Below are positions 24,509 to 37,528 of a stretch of 64,000 bases of DNA, piece after piece (positions within the stretch are counted from its first letter, which is position 1; every line of letters begins with the position of its first letter). The notes beneath the pieces were generated by a model. That model searched no databases and was not told the DNA's origin. It saw only the letters and a program-made list of their open reading frames with translations. The stretch comes from Macrostomum lignano (taxonomy: Eukaryota), in the NCBI GenBank assembly GCA_002269645.1, contig NIVC01000550.1, positions 62,001-126,000 of the forward strand, read 5' to 3'. The translations under genes were made by a program, and so were the position numbers.

Positions 24509-27500
24509 TTAATTAGTCCGCTCGGCAATGTACTTCCACATCTGCTCCCGGTGCTGCTTGGTGAGTACTCTGGATAAGAAGCGTTCCGCTCTCTGCACAT
24601 CCGCTTGGAAACTGAACTTGGCGCTCAAGTAATCGTCCCGACGTGCTGCTCTATACGCGTCGGCCTCATAAGGCCCGGAGTCAATCTCGTGCACCTCTGA
24701 GGGTCGCTGGTCGAAGCGCACTTTGACCTGGTAACGGGTTTGAAAGTTTAAGTATAGGTATAAGGAAAAACAATGTACTTCAGTTTGGTAAAATAGCAGA
24801 TTTTTAATTACCGGGTGCGGAGGGTAACAAACAATCCATCAAATGCCCAGGAGAGGAGGATAACAAACAATCCATCAAATGCCCAGGTGAGGAGGGTAAC
24901 AAACAATCCATCAAATGACCAGGTGAGGAGGGTAACAAACAATCCATCAAATGCCCAGGTGAGGAGGGTAACAAACAATCCATCAAATGCCCAGGTGAGG
25001 AGGGTAACAAACAATCCATCAAATGCCCAGGTGAGGAGGGTAACAAACATGCTTGGGCGCAACCTAGGGATTCACCCGGCCGTTTCTATTGGCAACACAC
25101 ACATGTAAGTCGCTATTGGACGGAATAGTAGTCACGTGACTGCTCTCAGCCAATAGCGACTTACATGTGCGTGTTGCCATTAGAAACGGCCGGGTGATTC
25201 CCAAGGTTGCGCATGTATGGTAACAAACAATCCATCAAATGACCAGGTGAGGAGGGTAACAAACAATCCATCAAATGCCCAGGTGAGGAGGGTAACAAAC
25301 AATCCATCAAATGTCCAAGTGAGGAGGGTAACAAACAATCCATCAAATGCCCAGGTGAGGAGGGTAACAAACAATCCATCAAATGTCCAAGTGAGGAGGG
25401 TAACAAACAATCCATCAAATGCCCAGGTGAGGAGGGTAACAAACAATCCATCAAATGTCCAAGTGAGGAGGGTAACAAACAATCCATCAAATGCCCAGGT
25501 GAGGAGGGTAACAAACAATCCATCAAATGTCCAAGTGAGGAGGGTAACAAACAATCCATCAAATGACCAGGTGAGGAGGGTAACAAACAATCCATCAAAT
25601 GCCCAGGTGAGGAGGGTAACAAACAATCCATCAAATGTCCAAGTGAGGAGGGTAACAAACAATCCATCAAATGACCAGGTGAGGAGGGTAACAAACAATC
25701 CATCAAATGCCCAGGTGAGGAGGGTAACAAACAATCCATCAAATGTCCAAGTGAGGAGGGTAACAAACAATCCATCAAATGCCCAGGTGAGGAGGGTAAC
25801 AAACAATCCATCAAATGCCCAGGTGAGGAGGGTAACAAACAATCCATCAAATGTCCAAGTGAGGAGGGTAACAAACAATCCATCAAATGCCCAGGTGAGG
25901 AGGGTAACAAACAATCCATCAAATGCCCAGGTGAGGAGGGTAACAAACAATCCATCAAATGCCCAGGTGAGGAGGGTAACAAACAATCCATCAAATGCAC
26001 AGGTGAGGAGGGTAACAAACAATCCATCAAATGCCCAGGTGAGGAGGGTAACAAACAATCCATCAAATGTCCAAGTGAGGAGGGTAACAAACAATCCATC
26101 AAATGCCCAGGTGAGGAGGGTAACAAACAATCCATCAAATGTCCAAGTGAGGAGGGTAACAAACAATCCATCAAATGCCCAGGTGAGGAGGGTAACAAAC
26201 AATCCATCAAATGTCCAAGTGAGGAGGGTAACAAACAATCCATCAAATGCCCAGGTGAGGAGGGTAACAAACAATCCATCAAATGTCCAAGTGAGGAGGG
26301 TAACAAACAATCCATCAAATGACCAGGTGAGGAGGGTAACAAACAATCCATCAAATGCCCAGGTGAGGAGGGTAACAAACAATCCATCAAATGTCCAAGT
26401 GAGGAGGGTAACAAACAATCCATCAAATGACCAGGTGAGGAGGGTAACAAACAATCCATCAAATGCCCAGGTGAGGAGGGTAACAAACAATCCATCAAAT
26501 GTCCAAGTGAGGAGGGTAACAAACAATCCATCAAATGCCCAGGTGAGGAGGGTAACAAACAATCCATCAAATGCCCAGGTGAGGAGGGTAACAAACAATC
26601 CATCAAATGTCCAAGTGAGGAGGGTAACAAACAATCCATCAAATGCCCAGGTGAGGAGGGTAACAAACAATCCATCAAATGTCCAAGTGAGGAGGGTAAC
26701 AAACAATCCATCAAATGCCCAGGTGAGGAGGGTAACAAACAATCCATCAAATGCCCAGGTGAGGAGGGTAACAAACAATCCATCAAATGCCCAGGTGAGG
26801 AGGGTAACAAACAATCCATCAAATGCACAGGTGAGGAGGGTAACAAACAATCCATCAAATGCCCAGGTGAGGAGGGTAACAAACAACCGAGGGCATCAAC
26901 ACAGAATGCAGAGCATACAAACCTGTCTCCCACTCTTATCGGACAGGAAATGTCTGCCGCACTCGCCCCGCTGTCTGGAGGCGGCGCAACAGATGCAAAT
27001 CCAATCGGCCTCAGCTTTCAAGCGCTCATAGTCCAGTCGCTGATCGGCAGTCAATTCCGGATAATCAAATGACACCCAATTATAGTCAGAGTCATCGCTG
27101 TCAATTTCGGAATCGGAGAATTCTACATCCGATGATGGAGCTGGTTGATTATAACAAAACTGCGGAGATGGCGGCGAATGTAGCTTTACTGGTGGCGGAG
27201 TACTGTTCTCAACTGCAATTGCTGGCGCCTGCTTAGACTGCAGCGGTGAAGCGCAAACTGCAGTTAAAATTGAGAACAGATGACTCTGACTCATCTTTTC
27301 CATATTGATTGATGCTGTAGGCTTAGTTTGACATGCAGTCTTTGATGAGGCCAGAGATGGAGTGCAGGCCTTTAAACAGACATCAACTGCATAGTCGCAT
27401 AGGGACATTGCTTGCAGAAGCAGAGAAAACAGTAGTGGGCAGAATCGGCTTCTAAAATAGAAATATATATATTTGTGACTTTCTCAGAATTTAACATCAT

Positions 27501-30500
27501 ATTTATGCAAAACATGAACTTTTTTATTTAAAGAAATTTACATAAATATTTTTTTGGAAATCTAAAAAACTTAGTTGCTCTTTCTACAGTTGTACTTGGC
27601 CTTTTTATTTATATCCATTTGGCAATAATCTGAAGGGTTGCAACTTTATTTCAATTTTAATTGAATTTCAATAATAAAAATACACAACTGTATGTAATGC
27701 AATGCACATTTTATACAGCATACAAAGACCTTTGTAAACTTGAAAATTCTATTAAAAGTACCACTCACTACATTATAAAAAGCAACTTACTATCATATCA
27801 TATATAAAGCTATTGCAAATGTTTTAATAACTACAGTTCTTTCTATTTGATTTATAACATGATAGATATAAGCTATTTTCACAATAGTCTTTTTTATTTA
27901 CTATTTTAAGTTAGGCTTAGTCTAAAAGAAAGTCACATATAGCTAACAAAGCTCCTTTATCCTTTGAAATATTAAAATATTAAAATAATCTATCTTTTAT
28001 TGGTCTTTTGAAACTGTATTAACAATCTAATTTGCTCAAGGTTTGTATCTCTTCTCAACTCTTTACTATATTTTTTCTTTTTCTTGCCCCTTTTTTTCTC
28101 TCTTTTCCATTCTTCTTTTTTTCTTACTCCCTAATTATACATGCACAACCCCCCTGATTTAGACTGGCTATGTGATTTACTTTTTTTACCAAAAAATGCA
28201 AGTTGCCTATGAAATATCTATATCTATATCTATATCTATATTCTTTTGGATGGGCATTTTTGTGACAACTTATGCCTTGTCTACCACAATTTATATGTAT
28301 TAAACATAACACTATGCACATCAAGTATCTTGCCAAGAATGCCAATGGCAATAGAAATTTCCAGTTGAATATTTATTACATTATATGCCTATTGTAATTA
28401 TTATCTGTAGAGGTCTTGAAAAAAACTTTTAAGACTTAGATATTCATTTTTAAACCAGTAGCCAATTGGTTATTATTTTTTGCTTGAACTATTTATTTAG
28501 ATATTGATTTTTTGTTAGAAACAAAGTACAATTAGTATGACATATTTAAAAAAACTATTCCCTTTGTCCATAGTAAGGAAGAAAGTATATATGCTAGAAA
28601 TTTTTAGGGTACATACCAAAATTTTTATTTGCTTTTTCTAAGGTACATACAGAAGGATTATAGGCATTTTGGTGACAAGACATTTTGGTGATAGTCATTT
28701 TGGTGACAAGCAAAAGTCATTTTGGTAACAAGAAAAATACCTTTTGGTGATAGCCATTTTGCTTTTAAATAGTAAGTTACCTTGCAAATCTGAAGGTAAC
28801 AAAAAGCTACTTTAGTAACAAATAACAGAATAAATAACAGAATAAAATAAAGAACATAACAGAATAAATAAATAAATAATAATAAATAAATAATAATAAA
28901 TATTAAAATACCAGAATAAATAAAGAATAACAGTACATGTATGTACTAATTGATATGCTCCAAAAGAATGCAACAATGAACTTTAAAAAAAGAACAACAA
29001 AAAATAATTGAGATACATGCATCTATATGTGTTTAACTTGTTTAAAAGTATTTTTACCAATCTATTTTAATTTCTGGATACCTCAGATACATGCACCAAG
29101 ATATCTTGTAACTGATTAAATACCATAGTCCGGATGGTGTAATGTGGTACGCTGGAAGGAAAAAGGAGGATTCCCAAGTGGTACGCCAAAAGAAAGAGCG
29201 CGAACATTAATGTTCGTACGAAGAAATAATAAACATTTCGACTTTGAAAACGGTAAAAATATGGCGGACAAACTTTAACAATTATTTAAAAATAACAGAT
29301 ATAATCAGCGCTCAGAAATTTATTTACCAATAATACTAGGCTAAATTACTTTATTAATACATTTATAAAATGATTAATCAAGTTATACAATGCAGGAAAA
29401 AATATATGCAATTTTTTACGTAAAATACATTGTCGTGTGATGTAGTCGTATCTTGTATGTCGTAATTTACGCAAAATTACAAAAAGTTTTTACTCTGGCA
29501 ACGATTTTTTGCCTGGTGGTGCCAATGGTACGCTAAAAGTGGTACGCCAATTCAACTTCAGCTTGGTGGTATGCCAAAGGTGGTACGCCAAATGCTTTTT
29601 CGAATCGGTGGTACGCCAATGGTGGTACGCCAATTTTTCAGAAAACTCATTTGGTACGCCGGAAATCTCCGGCATACCAGTCACCTTCCGGAGTATGGAT
29701 TAAATATTATGCATATTAGATTTAATGACTTATGATTAAACTATCTAAACTAAGTTAATGACTTAAAACTATAGAATCTACTTTTTCCCTTCATTCATTA
29801 GGCCTACTTTAAATTTTCAATTTCAATATGTGGCCTTTTGCTAAATTTTCATAGCTTTCAAATTTTTTATAAACTTAATATGCAAATTTAAACAAATTAT
29901 AATATAATTCAACTAGAAAATTAAACCATACATAGTAATAAAATATTCTAGATATTAACTTTTAAACTATTTGTTTCAAAACATAATAACCATAAAGATA
30001 TAAAGTTGACAATTCTAAATCTGCTTTGTTACCAAACTGGCTATTACTGAAGTGGCTATTATTAAAGTAGTCATTTTTTGTTACCAAAGTGGCAGTTACC
30101 AAAGTGGCTATTACTAAAGTGGATTGTATTCCAACCTGATATTATAAAGCATCTCCTATCACTAAAATGACTTATATTTATACTTTTGTTAATTTTTTAT
30201 CAAAAACAAAATGTGTTGGTAACAAAATCAACTTGTCATTGTCAATCAAAAAGACTATTTATCATTGAAATGTCTATCATCAAAATGACGTATCACTGAA
30301 ATGACTATTACCCCATATAGAATATTTAAAAAAATGGCTTATTGTCACTTATTTTAATGGTGATTATATGATTTTATTTGAACTTATATGAAGTTATGAA
30401 AAAAATCTGAATTGTAAAATAAAAGAATACTAAAAACTAGGCCTACAAATTATAAATTACAATATAGGCCTAGGCCTAATCTAATCATTAGACAATAATA

Positions 30501-30906
30501 TGAAAAACATAATAAAACTCAATTTAAGAGATTTTTAAAAAAATAATAATTAATTAGGACTATTTCATTATCAAAAACAACAAAATATAACCACTCACCT
30601 AATAATTGATGATTTTAGTAAATTAAGATTAGCACAAGAGCTAGGCCTATGCCTACATGAGCCACATTTTTCAACTTCATTTGGACAAACAGTAATTTGT
30701 GTAACTTCATAGCAAAACAAAACATGGTCAGAACCAAATGTACAAGAAAATAAATCAAAATGATTCCATGGAGTTTTATTTAAAGGGAAAAGAAACTGTT
30801 GATGCTTAGATAAAGCCAGTTTTCTATATAGGAAAAAGTAATCAAACAACGCCACAGACTCATTTAGCCGAAGAGCTTTGATGCAGCACATGCTCGACTT
30901 TGGCAT
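24509..30906 (-). CDS. PPP1R15: PPP1R15 (GADD34/CReP)-like PP1 regulatory subunit; exons 30906..30599, 27451..26923, 24727..24509; ~351 aa
   Basis: Last exon KVRF (RVxF)...EVHE...AYRAARR...ERFLSRVLTKQHREQMW matches the PPP1R15 C-terminal domain layout, preceded by an acidic Ser/Asp patch. Donors AG|gtgagt (phase 2) and CAG|gtttgt (phase 0) match their acceptors. The first coding exon is less certain. Confidence 0.72.
24808..26888. repeat. 36-bp tandem repeat GGTGAGGAGGGTAACAAACAATCCATCAAATGCCCA filling the last PPP1R15 intron
   Basis: About 52 copies; explains ORFs 25161..26933, 25180..26886 and 25217..27031. Confidence 0.97.
25048..25219. mobile_element. Foldback MITE, copy 2
   Basis: Exact 8-bp TSD GTAACAAA (25040-25047 and 25220-25227); long inverted arms. 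Confidence 0.9.
28655..30313. mobile_element. Degraded non-autonomous DNA element with inverted arrays of ~15-bp CATTTTGGTGATAGT subterminal repeats
   Basis: Direct units at 28665-28760 and inverted units at 30028-30313; similar outermost sequences; no clear TSD. Confidence 0.5.
29123..29698. mobile_element. hAT-like MITE (TIR CCATASTCCGGAWGG, TSD ATTAAATA)
   Basis: TIRs at both ends, exact 8-bp TSD, repeated subterminal TGGTACGC motifs. Confidence 0.85.
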
Positions 30907-31537
30907 TTGCTTGATTTGTTATTGCAAAAGCTCACAAGATTAGGCCTAGGCTCGGCCTGACGACCTAGGCTAGATCGATAAATAGGCCTAAGGGATTTGA
31001 CTTAAATTCGAATGAGTGAAGTCAATCCAAACACGTTTGCTTCTAAAGTAGCAAGCTAACTAGGCCTAGCTGGCCTCACAGTACACAACACAAATTTTTT
31101 TTCAAAGTTTAACAATAGGGCCTAAGCAAAGGGCTTGCTTAAGTCTTAAGAAAAAACAGTAAAGATTTTTGGGTTATTCTTGTCGATTGCTTTCAATTTG
31201 ATATTTGAATTGGTAGTACACATTATTGCATAAGCAGATAATGTCATAGGGAGAAGAAAATCGTCACTTTTAAATGTATGGATGTGATGATGCAATGACA
31301 AATTTAGTTTCCTAACAGAGGTTACACACTTACAGATTAAACTAAAATAGAAATTTTTCTAATTTTGTATGTACTTCTCTTTCGTCAGGCACATGGCCAC
31401 TTCTGTCTTATTGATAAAAGCAAAATATGTAATTCCTAATAAATAATAGAGTGCTTAATAAGATAAAAATCTGAGAAAAGTCTAAAATATCCATCAAACA
31501 AATATGGAATAAAATGTTTGTTATACAGCTTACTTAC

Positions 31538-31660
31538 CTTAAACTAAATCCGGTAATAAAAAGTTTGAAACTGTGTGCTAAAAAATAAGTCGCCTTCGCC
31601 GTTAATGCTTTTGATTCATTAGTGCCATTTAAGATTCACAAGCGCCTCATAAGATCGGTC
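31538..31660 (-). promoter_or_regulatory. Putative 5'-leader exon of PPP1R15 with two short uORFs (31650..31636 MRRL*, 31628..31602 MALMNQKH*)
   Basis: Consensus donor AAG|gtaagt at 31538/31537; uORFs read directly; link to the gene and the 5' boundary are inferred. Confidence 0.45.
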
Positions 31661-31985
31661 AGCCAATTTTCTGCTACTGGCAGCCGGGGTTCACTAATTT
31701 CATGGGCCTAGCTGCATGTTTTTGCGGTGGTTGCTGCATGGGAAGGGAGTAGTTGTACATGCAGTGCAATATGTGCGCTGTAGAGGTGTCTCTTATACCT
31801 ATGTTTTTCGACTCGTAGGCTTGTCCTTTCGCCCTATCGCTCAGCTAATTGTTTGCAAGTATTCCTAAGCTAATCATTTTCCATTTTTATCGAAACCTAA
31901 TATATCTCTGTATAATTATCTATTTACAGCTACAGTACAATCATGCAAACATATAATCGAAACATACCTGCTACAAATCTGCTAC

Positions 31986-32120
31986 AAATTGACGCGCTTT
32001 TTAGACGTGCGCCACCGCTTGGGTTCGACAAAATCGTCGCTCTCATCTGCATCAGAGCAGTCCAACAACATGATAAATTTAAGCACAACTAAGCACAATA
32101 ATATCGAAGTCACAAGAAGA
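31986..32120 (-). mobile_element. Isolated ~135-bp copy of the LINE 3' end at 34366-34503
   Basis: Near-identical direct repeat of 34366..34503, including the TGACGCGC...GCGCGTCA stem-loop. Confidence 0.75.
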
Positions 32121-34365
32121 TATATATCTTGTCATATTATATATCCATGCCTTTTGGGGGTGGTCGACTGTTGCAAATGTCGTGCTTTCTATTCGATCGG
32201 CTTCCTTTCAAACTGTTTAATTTTTTATTTTATGGTCTGTCTACTAGATATTCTCTGCTACAAAATTAAAAGACAATTTTTGTTTTGACCACTGACTGAA
32301 TAATCGTCCTACATGTACTCGTATATTCCTTTTAAAAAGATAGGACCGAATAGTGAATTCATAATTATAACTCAAATTACAATCTTCTAGACTGAGAAAT
32401 ATACGATCAGCTATAATGTTTGCGCGGCCTGCGCTGTGTGTGTTGCTGAAATGGCGGGGTTCGACTCTCATCGATCATTGGATGAACCCGGCCGCTATAT
32501 GCACTGCATCAAATGCGGACGCCAATCATCATGTAAAAATAAAAAACACCAAGTTAGTTAACAACTTCCTTTATTTTGCAAAGTTTCTGTCATGTGCAAT
32601 GTTTTCTGTAGAATGTGGAAGCTGCATGCATGCTTCTTGATAGCATGCATGTATATAAATGACTGGATCAAAGTACATGTAACCTGCCACTGCTTGAGAA
32701 CGAATGGGGTTTCGCCATCGAAAAATTCGGTCGAGAAGGATCCATGCAATTTCCGGAGAGCATTTCAGCGGCGAAAATTTGTCGGATCGTTGTATACTAA
32801 GTCAGCCAGTCATGTAGAGACGCTCGAGAGCAGCAAATCTTGTCCCTCGGCTGTGGCTCTGGATGGCAGAGACGTTCAAGCCTTTACTGGTGCGGAATTT
32901 ACGAGATATAGCGGTCAAGCGGCCAAATATGGCATCGATGGACGGTCGGTCTGCTGCTACTCCGAGGGCCACCCTTCCAGGACGGATGTTCATGCGTAGT
33001 AGAGGCATGGAAATGAAAAATAAACAATACTTATTGTTCACAGAAAACAGTTTTATGAGGAAAAGCCAACATCAAGTAAAGCCGGCGCTGCCCTCCTTTC
33101 TCGTTGAAGCTTTTTTTCTCAGTTTATGTGGTGACATATGTTGTGCAATCGTGCCCTTTCTCGCCCTCCTGCCCCGCCCCAACCCTCCAGTCTGCCCCAC
33201 CCCTCCAATCAATAATCAACGCGTACGCCGATCACGCCACCCGCCCCACCTCCCCTGCTGTACCGTACATTTGTTCTTAAGTTATATTCATGTACGCGTA
33301 GGACCAATGAAAAATATATAGTCGCTGTCTGGAGGGCAGACTCCTCCCTTGCGCGCGTTGGTCCGCCTCCGTTGGCTATTGAATAAAATGACTCGTCGAT
33401 CTACCATAAAAAGTGCACGGCGAACTGCATCGGCTATGGTGTGTAAGTTCGTGTTCGCGAGTTACTGTTCTTTTTCTGCTTCTCCCTAGGGCGCGGGACG
33501 GGAGCTCTGACTGGGGACCTGGGGGTCGCAGCTTCCCGACAGGTTAAAGCTGTAGGCGTTGCTCCGGAGGACGGGGCTCACAACACATATCTCGCATTCC
33601 TGCCTGGAAGCAACAGCAGCAGCATGATCAGATGACCCACCGGCACCAACATCAACACTGGCTGCTTCACTCGGCAGCCGCTATTCCCGGTGGTTTCACC
33701 ACTATGGAAACACCTCAGGCTGACGGCTTGGTCGTCCGAATCGATCCGACGATAGACAGAAAATCCTGCAGCTCTGGCCGAAAGATACTACTGCCATTGC
33801 GAGTTGAAAGACGCTACTTTGTCTTGATCCTCCTCAATCACCATGCTGTTTGGTTACTGGGGTGTCCATGCCAACAGCTGCAGGAATCCAGGTGCGCTTG
33901 AAGGTTGAGACGGTCGCCGCTGACGTCCGTAGCACCACTTGCCTCGTACATCAGGAACATCGCGTACATGTACATCTCCGTGGTAGCAGCAGCAACAGGA
34001 TTAGAGGTTGGAATTAAACCTGTGGGTTTGAATATGATATATTTATAAGCTTCTATATTATAAACAAACTAATAGCCAGATACAAGTTATACAACTTAAG
34101 GCTACAAGGGTTTCCCAAAGCTACTTGTAGATTTCAGCAAAAAACCTAAAATTTTACAAGTTTGTAGCTATTTTTTTAACTGTCTATGGTAAAAACTCTA
34201 CGTCTCTGAGGATAGCTGGCTTGGACACGCCATGAGCGTCGGGGATGACAGAAAAGTTTGCCCCTGTGGCCAAAAAAAGCGCTCCAATGCTGTTAGATTT
34301 CTTGTACGTGTTTCTCCCGTAGCCGAAACCTTGACATGTGATCGCTGTAGTTGACGTCCCCAGAT

Positions 34366-35606
34366 GAAATTGACGCGCTTTTTAGACGCGCGTCATCGCT
34401 TGAGTTCGACAAAATCGTCGCTCTGATCTGCATCAGAGTAGTCCAACAACATGATAAATTTAAGCACAACTAAGCACAATAATAGTCGAAGTCACAAGAA
34501 GAATAAATAGATAAAGAAACGCAAAAAATAGAAAGATCTTGTTGCATAAACACGTTCGCGAAACAGGTGGGGGGGGAAGGCAGCTGCAGTTTGGGCTGAG
34601 ACCCAGGGCCTGCAAGCTAGTCAGCCACAAAAAAATCAGTCTAGCGTCACAGTTCGCCCTTGGCCATGGCGCTGCCGCTCCGTCGGCTGCATGGTGCAGG
34701 AGGACCGTAGGCAGTGACCCAGCAAGCATCTGGCGGCACCGGCCCAGGATAACGCTCAGGTCAGGAACGTCGGCACGGGCCATAATTTATCTAGACGGCT
34801 TCTCGGACTAGTGCACGCCCAGGGAGTAGCGCAGCAGAGACCTGTAGAGCGCGTCCAAGGCTCGCTCTCGTTTGTCGGTGTCTCGTGTGCCATTCCGTAC
34901 AGGAGCATCGGCTGCAAGACCGCGCGGAAGAGGCGCATCTTCAGGCCGTCCCTCGCAGCTGAGTTGAAGACGTTGCTGAGCAGGTGCGCCGCGCGCTAGG
35001 CCTGGTTCCCCCTATCGGAGACGATCGAGTCCGGACTAGTTGCTAGCAATCCGAGGTACCGCGGAAGTCCTCGCACACAGCGACAGCGTCTCCGCTGGGC
35101 AGCAAAAGTCCCGGGGCGGTGTCAGTGCCCACGTGCATCACCTCTGACTTGCGCGCGTTGACCACCAGCCCAATAATTGTTCAACAGGGGGCCCTCTTCA
35201 CAGAGCCGGGAAAGAGCGCGTTGGGTACCAGCTGGGTCGCGACAGAGGAGCGCAATGTCATCGGCATTCGCGAGAGCAGGCAAAAGAACAGCAGGATGTC
35301 GGGAGCGTCGGCATGGGACAAGCATGTCGCTGTCGTCCTCTTGAAGGTAGTAGCGTAGCACATAATCCACGACCATGATGAAAAGCAGGGGAGCCAGTGT
35401 GTCGCCCTGCAGGATGCCGGAGGTTGTGCCGCGAACTCTTCAGTGGGGCCGTCGTTCGTCTGGACAAACGCCCTGGAATCACTGTACAGGTCCATAACTG
35501 CAGGTACCAATGCAGCGGGAACGTCGCAGTAGGACAGCAACCATGCGATCGCAAGCCTGAGCACCGAGTCGAACGCCTTACGGAAGTCCCCGAAGACGAT
35601 CGACAT
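34366..35606 (-). mobile_element. RTE/RTEX-like LINE, 3' part: frameshifted reverse transcriptase plus 3' UTR
   Basis: FGDFRKAFDSV, GILQGDTLAPLLFIMVVDYVLR, ANADDIALL (degenerate YADD), LQPMLLYG spread over several frames. Confidence 0.88.
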
Positions 35607-37321
35607 CGGACTGCTACGCTGGACAAGGATGCCCTACGGCGTGAAGATGGCGAGCGTACAGTTCCAGGCGGCCATGGAAGCAACGTTCGGTGGTCTGGTG
35701 TCGAACCTGGTCATCTACCAGGACGATGTCTGTGTCGGAGCCAGGTCCGAGGCCGAGCTGGACGAGAAAGTCGAGAAGCTGTTGCGCAAGCTCAAGGTGG
35801 CCGGAATGCATATCAAGGAGCGTAAGTGCGTCTTCAGGAGCACTGCGATCTCATTCCTCGGTTACAAGATATCAGCTGATGGTGTTCGGCCCGACTCAAA
35901 GCTTTTGGAAAAATTCCAGCAGACCCGTGCACCGATGAACCGCAAGGAGCTCGGATCCTTCCTGGGGCTCACGAACTACTACGCGCGGTACGTTCAGGCC
36001 TACGCTAGCCACTCACAATGCTGAGAAGCAAGCAGACACCACTCAAGTGGGGCCAGAACCAGCAGAAGGCATTCGACGACCTCAAGAAGGCTCTGGCAGC
36101 GTATCTATGAGCACCTCGTAGTAGATCGCATCTTCGATGCTTCCAAGCGCACGACACTGACAACAGACGCCAGCGAGAAAGCGATCTCGGCCATTCTGAC
36201 TCAGGACGAGCACCTGATGATCTACCTGTCTCGACGGCTCACAGTGGCGGAGCAGAGCAACTCCAACGTCGAGCGAGAGACCCTCGCCATGCTGGGGGCA
36301 AAGTTCACCCTGAACTGCGACTATCAGCCGCTGGAGTTCATCTTCAGCCCAGCCAAGGAGATCCCGAAGGTCACGTCTGCGAGAATCACGCGGTGGGCCA
36401 TCCAACTGGCTGCTTTTGACTACGATATCGCGTACGTCCGCGGAAGAAGCATCCCACATGTCGACGCAATGTCGAGGCTCGAGTTCGAGGAGAAGCCCGA
36501 GCAACCGGAGTTGGTCGAGATGGTCATCCACTGGACCGAGACTGACGTGCTGAAACTCGAGGACGTTCAGCAGGCAAATGCAACTGACTCAGTGCTGCTG
36601 GGCATCAAACGCCGGATCCGCGACAATTCGCCTGGAGCAACTGCTCTGAGGCCGAGCGTCCCTTCAAGAGCGTGCGCCAGCAGCGCATTGGGTGGCTGCA
36701 GCGCATTGGGTGGCTGCAGCGCATTGGGTGCAACCTGGTGCACTCGCCGCCGTACCATCCACAGTCCAACGGCTGTGCTAAGCGCATTGTCCAGACGGTG
36801 AAGCACGGGCTCCGGACATTCGCAGCACGCCGCGGCTCCTTCTAAGCATACCTGGCCAAGCTGCTGCTCAATTACCGTTCGACGGCGGGGAGCGACGGCC
36901 GGGGCAGCCCGTCGGCGCTGATGGGCCGACAGCTGAGAAGTCCGCTGACAATGACTTTAGAGATCGACGAACCAGTCGTTTACCAGCCAAGCTCCAGTGT
37001 AACGGCCGAGCCCGCGCGCTTTGTGGTCCAAGCTAGCTGGGAGCAACACGGCGGTGATCATCCACGACAACAACCGGCCGGTCCTAGCCCAGCAGGACCA
37101 AATTCGGCCGCTGCTGGTCGACTGGACGGTCACGCCAGGGCAGGAGCAAGTGGCCGGGCGCGGACCAGAGACAGCGGCTGAGGAGACTCCGGCCGAGCCT
37201 GAGACTCCGCGGCCGGGCAGCCCCAACACCGAAAGCGAGGTGCCGGGGCAGCCCAGAGGCGTAGCGAACGCGGGAACAAAGGAGTTCCCCCCGAGCGGCT
37301 CACTCCTCGGTGGTGAGGAGA
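35600..37321 (+). mobile_element. Ty3/Gypsy pol fragment (RT, RNase H, deleted integrase), pseudogenised
   Basis: MPYGV...YQDD...FLGY...SFLGLTNYY (RT); TDASEKAISAILTQ...SRRL...ERETLA (RNase H); DY.PL, RW...L..FDY.I.Y..G....VDA.SR; frameshifts. Confidence 0.9.
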
Positions 37322-37528
37322 TGTGGCACTGCTTGGCGGTGCTCATTAACTATTTATGTGCTAAAGCTGGAAATGGTTTGATCGCGCTGCGCTCGTATTA
37401 TAGGCGGCATGTGGCCGTCGGTCATATTTCAAGTAAATGAAGACCGCTTAGGCTATCAGCGGTTTTCTTTGCTCAGCCAAGAGCTCTCTCAAACAGAAGA
37501 GAGTTCACTTTATTGCTACGACAAGACA
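37322..37528 (+). mobile_element. 3' LTR of the Gypsy fragment
   Basis: Purine tract GTGAGGAGA directly before TGTGG; ends ...ACA at 37523 or 37528, where LINE sequence resumes. Confidence 0.65.

Noticed and set aside
24808-26888. CAG|GTGAG donor-like site in every 36-bp unit
   Set aside because: It is on the strand opposite the host gene, and there is no evidence of a plus-strand transcript
25161-27031. 568-604 aa ORFs on both strands
   Set aside because: Translations of a 36-bp repeat (multiple of 3) lying inside a PPP1R15 intron with matching splice phases
32802-33041. Possible hAT transposase remnant (…SRGTRFAALERL)
   Set aside because: Resemblance too short and weak to support
33490-33600. 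Possible HDV-like ribozyme or retroelement leader
   Set aside because: Some helices can be drawn, but the nested double pseudoknot and catalytic core could not be identified
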